A DNA stretch of 8,915 bases from a virus (Duplodnaviria > Heunggongvirae > Uroviricota > Caudoviricetes). Made by a program: the position numbers and the translations under genes. The notes below the pieces were generated by a model. That model was not told the origin of the DNA, did no database searches, and worked only from the letters and a program-made list of their open reading frames with translations. Where the stretch lies: the IMG/VR virus record IMGVR_UViG_3300029157_000022; one strand, 5' to 3'. The stretch's first letter is position 1, and each line of letters opens with the position of its first letter. This document shows, in pieces, positions 6,179-8,915 of this stretch.

Positions 6179-6499
6179 TTAAGCCAATTGCTGCCGCCAT
6201 TCTTTGACGTAGTCAATCAGGGCGCGGAGCTTTGGTGCAATATTGCGACGCTGTGGGAAATACAGATAGAAGCCCGGAAATTGTGGAAGAAAGTCATCAA
6301 GCAGCGATACAAGCTTACCGCTTTCAATATATGGCCTGAAAGTTTCCTGAGTGGCAATTGTTATTCCTCCGCCGGCAAGAGCCAGCCTCAACATCAGACG
6401 CAGATCATTAGTCGTAATCTGCGGTTCAATCGCAAGGTCGAAAGTTCTCCCGTTTTCTTCAAATGGCCAGCGATAAGGCGCAACCTCCGGGGACTGACG
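6179..6499 (-). pseudogene. yagP: 5'-truncated LysR-family transcriptional regulator remnant (C-terminal part of the effector-binding domain only; no HTH domain)
   Basis: The open frame from the stop at 6500-6502 to the stop at 6179-6181 encodes about 106 aa ending ...GGGITIATQETFRPYIESGKLVSLLDDFLPQFPGFYLYFPQRRNIAPKLRALIDYVKEWRQQLA, typical of a LysR C-terminus. Only 65 nt separate it from the upstream paoD stop, so the N-terminal roughly 200 aa are absent. The symbol is from recalled K-12 synteny. Confidence 0.6.
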
Positions 6500-6567
6500 C
6501 TAGCCGATACACTTATGGGTATTTCCCCCGGAGGCGAGAAAGCGCTCTCCACGCCCGGCCGCAAGGA

Positions 6568-7524
6568 TCAGGACGACGGGGGCAGGCATGAATCCTCCTC
6601 CTGATGGAGACGTACAGAGGCGACTTCTGCCAGCACGGAGAGTGCCAGAGTATGCGCATCCCGGGCTTTGGGGAATATCCCGACGGGTGCCCGGATTTGC
6701 GTTGTTTCCTCCCTGGACCATCCCAGCTCGTGGAGCTTTTGCAGACGTAACGTGTGGGTTCGATAGCTGCCCAATGCGCCGAGATAAAAGGGTTTTGCTT
6801 CTCGCGCGGCCTGCAACACTGGCAGCTCCCGGTTGAGATCATGGCACAGCAAAATGACCGCCGTATCGGTATCGATCTGAGCGCTGGCTGAGGCCGGAAA
6901 AAGATCGAAGATATGGCTGTCATAGCCTGTGGCTGCTGCAAGACTCGCGGTTGCCTGCGCCTCAAGAGAACGTCCGTAAATCATCAGCCTGACGCATGGC
7001 CTGAACCCCACCTCAAAGCCATTGAGATTCCAGCCCGTCCGGGTTTGCGTGGGCAGGCACACCAGCGATTGTGCTTGCGGATCGTAGCGCAGCCCCACCG
7101 GTTTTCTCTGTTCCAGGCGGTTCAGCACGGCGAGCAGAGGCTGTGCCGAGCGTAGTTTATGGAGCGTCAGCGTGATCCCACCGCCGCAGGGCAGAACGAT
7201 GTCAAACCACGGCGAACCTTCGCCATAGCGAATTTCGCGATCGCGGCCTGAGCCCATCATCTCCAGCGCTTCAAAAGCGGCAGCGGCCTCCACGCAGCCG
7301 CCAGAGACAAAACCGCAGTAACGACCATCTTCGCGCACCACCATCTGCGCCCCGAGCGGGCGCGCCGCGCCGCCGCGTATCTCCACCAGCGTCACCAGCA
7401 CCGCTCCTTTACCGGACATTAGCGCCTCTACGGCGAAGCGCAGAATGGTCCGGTGGTCATCGGTGAGAAACGCCTGCTCTGGCTTATGCCAGTGTTCGTC
7501 TTTGTCAAAAAGCGGGTATGACAT
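6568..7524 (-). CDS. paoD: XdhC-family molybdenum cofactor insertion chaperone for aldehyde oxidoreductase (318 aa)
   Basis: ORF of 318 aa with ATG at 7522-7524 and a perfect GGAGG 5 nt upstream. It lies immediately downstream of the molybdopterin-subunit gene, and the product and symbol follow from that synteny and a recalled match to E. coli yagQ/paoD. Confidence 0.75.
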   Translation of the reverse strand: MSYPLFDKDEHWHKPEQAFLTDDHRTILRFAVEALMSGKGAVLVTLVEIRGGAARPLGAQMVVREDGRYCGFVSGGCVEAAAAFEALEMMGSGRDREIRYGEGSPWFDIVLPCGGGITLTLHKLRSAQPLLAVLNRLEQRKPVGLRYDPQAQSLVCLPTQTRTGWNLNGFEVGFRPCVRLMIYGRSLEAQATASLAAATGYDSHIFDLFPASASAQIDTDTAVILLCHDLNRELPVLQAAREAKPFYLGALGSYRTHTLRLQKLHELGWSREETTQIRAPVGIFPKARDAHTLALSVLAEVASVRLHQEEDSCLPPSS

Positions 7525-7533
7525 TGTTCCTCC

Positions 7534-8915
7534 TTAAACCACATCCGGCAGCTTATCGAGCAGCTTATCCAGAGTGATGGGATAATCCCGTACCCGAATA
7601 CCGGTGGCGTTATACACCGCGTTGGCGATAGCCGCGCTCACGCCGCACAGGCCCAGCTCACCGACACCTTTGGCCTTCATCGGGGAGGATATGGGGTCGG
7701 TATCATCCAGGAAAATCACCTCCTGTTTTGGGATATCCGCATGAACCGGCACCTCATACCCCGCCATATCGTGATTAACGAAGTAGCCCAAACGGTCATC
7801 CACCGCCAGCTCCTCCATCAGTGCCGCGCCCATGCCCATAGTCATTGCGCCAATGACCTGGCTGCGCGCAGTTTTCGGATTCAGGATGCGTCCTGCAGCA
7901 CACACAGCGAGCATACGCCGGACCCGAACTTCTCCCGTCGCGCTATGCACGCCGACCTCCACAAAATGCCCGGCAAAGGTCGACTGCTGGTACTCTTTGC
8001 TCAGTGTTCCGAATTCAATGCTCTCTTCCGCTGTCAGTCTGCCGCCTGCGGTGGCTTCATGTAGCGTGGCGCTTCGGGTACCGTTGGTAATCTTGCCGTC
8101 GGCAAACTGCGACTGCTCAGGATCAAACCCGACTGCCGAGGCAATCATTTCGCGAAGCTTCATACAGGCGGCGTAAACGCCGGAGGTGGAGGTATTCGCG
8201 CCCCATTGTCCACCAGAACCCGCAGAAACCGGGAAACTGGAATCGCCGAGGTGAACCGCAACCTGCTCCAGCGGTACGCCAAGCATTTCCGCTGCCGTCT
8301 GGGCCAGAATGGTGTAGCTGCCGGTGCCAATGTCGGTCATGTCCGTTTCTACGGTAACGGTGCCGTTTTGTTCGAGGTGAACCCGAGCACCCGATTTTTC
8401 CAGCAGATTATTGCGAAAGCCCGCCGCAACACCGTGGCCGACTAGCCACTCCCCGTCGCGCACCTGTCCGGGTGTGGCGTTGCGCTGCTTCCAGCCAAAT
8501 TTATCCGCTCCGGTGCGCAAGCACTCGATAAGCTGACGGCGAGAGAAGCAGCGCGTCGGGTCGGCGGGGTCAACCTGAGTGTCATTCAGGATGCGAAACT
8601 CGACGGGATCGATGCCCGCTTTTTCCGCCAGTTCGTCGATCGCGATTTCGAGCGCCATCAGACCGGGGGCTTCGCCGGGCGCACGCATGGCGTTCCCTTC
8701 CGGCAAATCAAGCGTGGCGAGCCGCAGGCCGGTATGACGATTCGCCCCGGCGTAGAGTAATTCGCTTTGCTGTACCGCCGTTTCCGGCGTGCCGCCGGGC
8801 AGGTTTCCAGACCAGCTTTCATGTGAGATAGCGGTGATTTTCCCGCTCTGGTCGGCACCGATACGCAAGTGCTGAAGGGTGGCGGGGCGGTGCGTGGTGT
8901 TATTGGGAATAGAGG
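7534..8915 (-). CDS. paoC: Aldehyde oxidoreductase molybdopterin-binding large subunit, C-terminal about 460 aa (partial; 5' end beyond the right edge)
   Basis: The frame is open on the minus strand from the window edge to TAA at 7534-7536. The ORF-track start at 8868 is an internal TTG, not the true start. Product and symbol rest on synteny with the downstream chaperone gene and a recalled match to E. coli yagR/paoC. Confidence 0.75.
   Translation of the reverse strand, partial: SIPNNTTHRPATLQHLRIGADQSGKITAISHESWSGNLPGGTPETAVQQSELLYAGANRHTGLRLATLDLPEGNAMRAPGEAPGLMALEIAIDELAEKAGIDPVEFRILNDTQVDPADPTRCFSRRQLIECLRTGADKFGWKQRNATPGQVRDGEWLVGHGVAAGFRNNLLEKSGARVHLEQNGTVTVETDMTDIGTGSYTILAQTAAEMLGVPLEQVAVHLGDSSFPVSAGSGGQWGANTSTSGVYAACMKLREMIASAVGFDPEQSQFADGKITNGTRSATLHEATAGGRLTAEESIEFGTLSKEYQQSTFAGHFVEVGVHSATGEVRVRRMLAVCAAGRILNPKTARSQVIGAMTMGMGAALMEELAVDDRLGYFVNHDMAGYEVPVHADIPKQEVIFLDDTDPISSPMKAKGVGELGLCGVSAAIANAVYNATGIRVRDYPITLDKLLDKLPDVV

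Noticed and set aside
6101-6604. 167 aa plus-strand ORF spanning the junction region
   Set aside because: It is antisense to the LysR remnant and overlaps the paoD 3' end. The protein is Cys/Arg-rich junk-like, there is no RBS, and it crosses the composition boundary. Most likely a spurious ORF.
6500-7155. ORFs 6500-6721(-), 6513-6965(-), 6588-6836(+), 6913-7155(+)
   Set aside because: These are alternative-frame or antisense ORFs inside the GC-rich paoD gene. Such ORFs are expected by chance in high-GC coding DNA, and they lack RBSs and have Arg/Pro/Cys-rich composition.
7741-8858. ORFs 7741-8064(+), 7832-8176(+), 8206-8445(+), 8658-8858(-)
   Set aside because: They are embedded in the paoC coding region in other frames or on the opposite strand; typical shadow ORFs of a GC-rich gene.
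1-8915. CRISPR arrays, rRNA, intact tRNA genes, insertion-sequence terminal inverted repeats
   Set aside because: I found no regularly spaced direct repeats, no rRNA-like conserved stretches, no complete tRNA cloverleaf (only the 3' remnant at 6034-6052), and no transposase-like ORF.

Overview
This window is a junction between a horizontally acquired, visibly AT-richer integrative element (about 1-6052, continuing past the left edge) and GC-richer Escherichia-type core chromosome (about 6053-8915). The element ends in a tyrosine-recombinase (integrase) gene on the minus strand, next to a tRNA-Thr 3'-end remnant that looks like an attachment-site core (6034-6052). Converging on the integrase is a tightly packed plus-strand five-gene module (152-4533; proteins of 127, 343, 65, 613 and 225 aa) with strong AAGGA-type ribosome-binding sites. 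I cannot assign any of the five to a named family by reading alone. Composition and layout look phage-structural (a small protein plus a 343 aa Ala/Val/Thr-rich protein, then a 613 aa protein with a Lys/Ala/Gln-rich coiled coil and a glycine-zipper hydrophobic segment), but the module sits in the integrase-proximal cargo position where islands and satellites often carry accessory or defence genes. This module is the candidate for an undescribed system. The chromosomal side carries, all on the minus strand, a 5'-truncated LysR-family regulator remnant (yagP-like), an XdhC-family molybdenum-cofactor insertion chaperone gene (paoD/yagQ-like) and the 3' part of the molybdopterin-binding aldehyde oxidoreductase subunit gene (paoC/yagR-like, runs off the right edge). 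I saw no rRNA, intact tRNA or CRISPR array. All calls are from manual reading; no database search or exact GC computation was possible.
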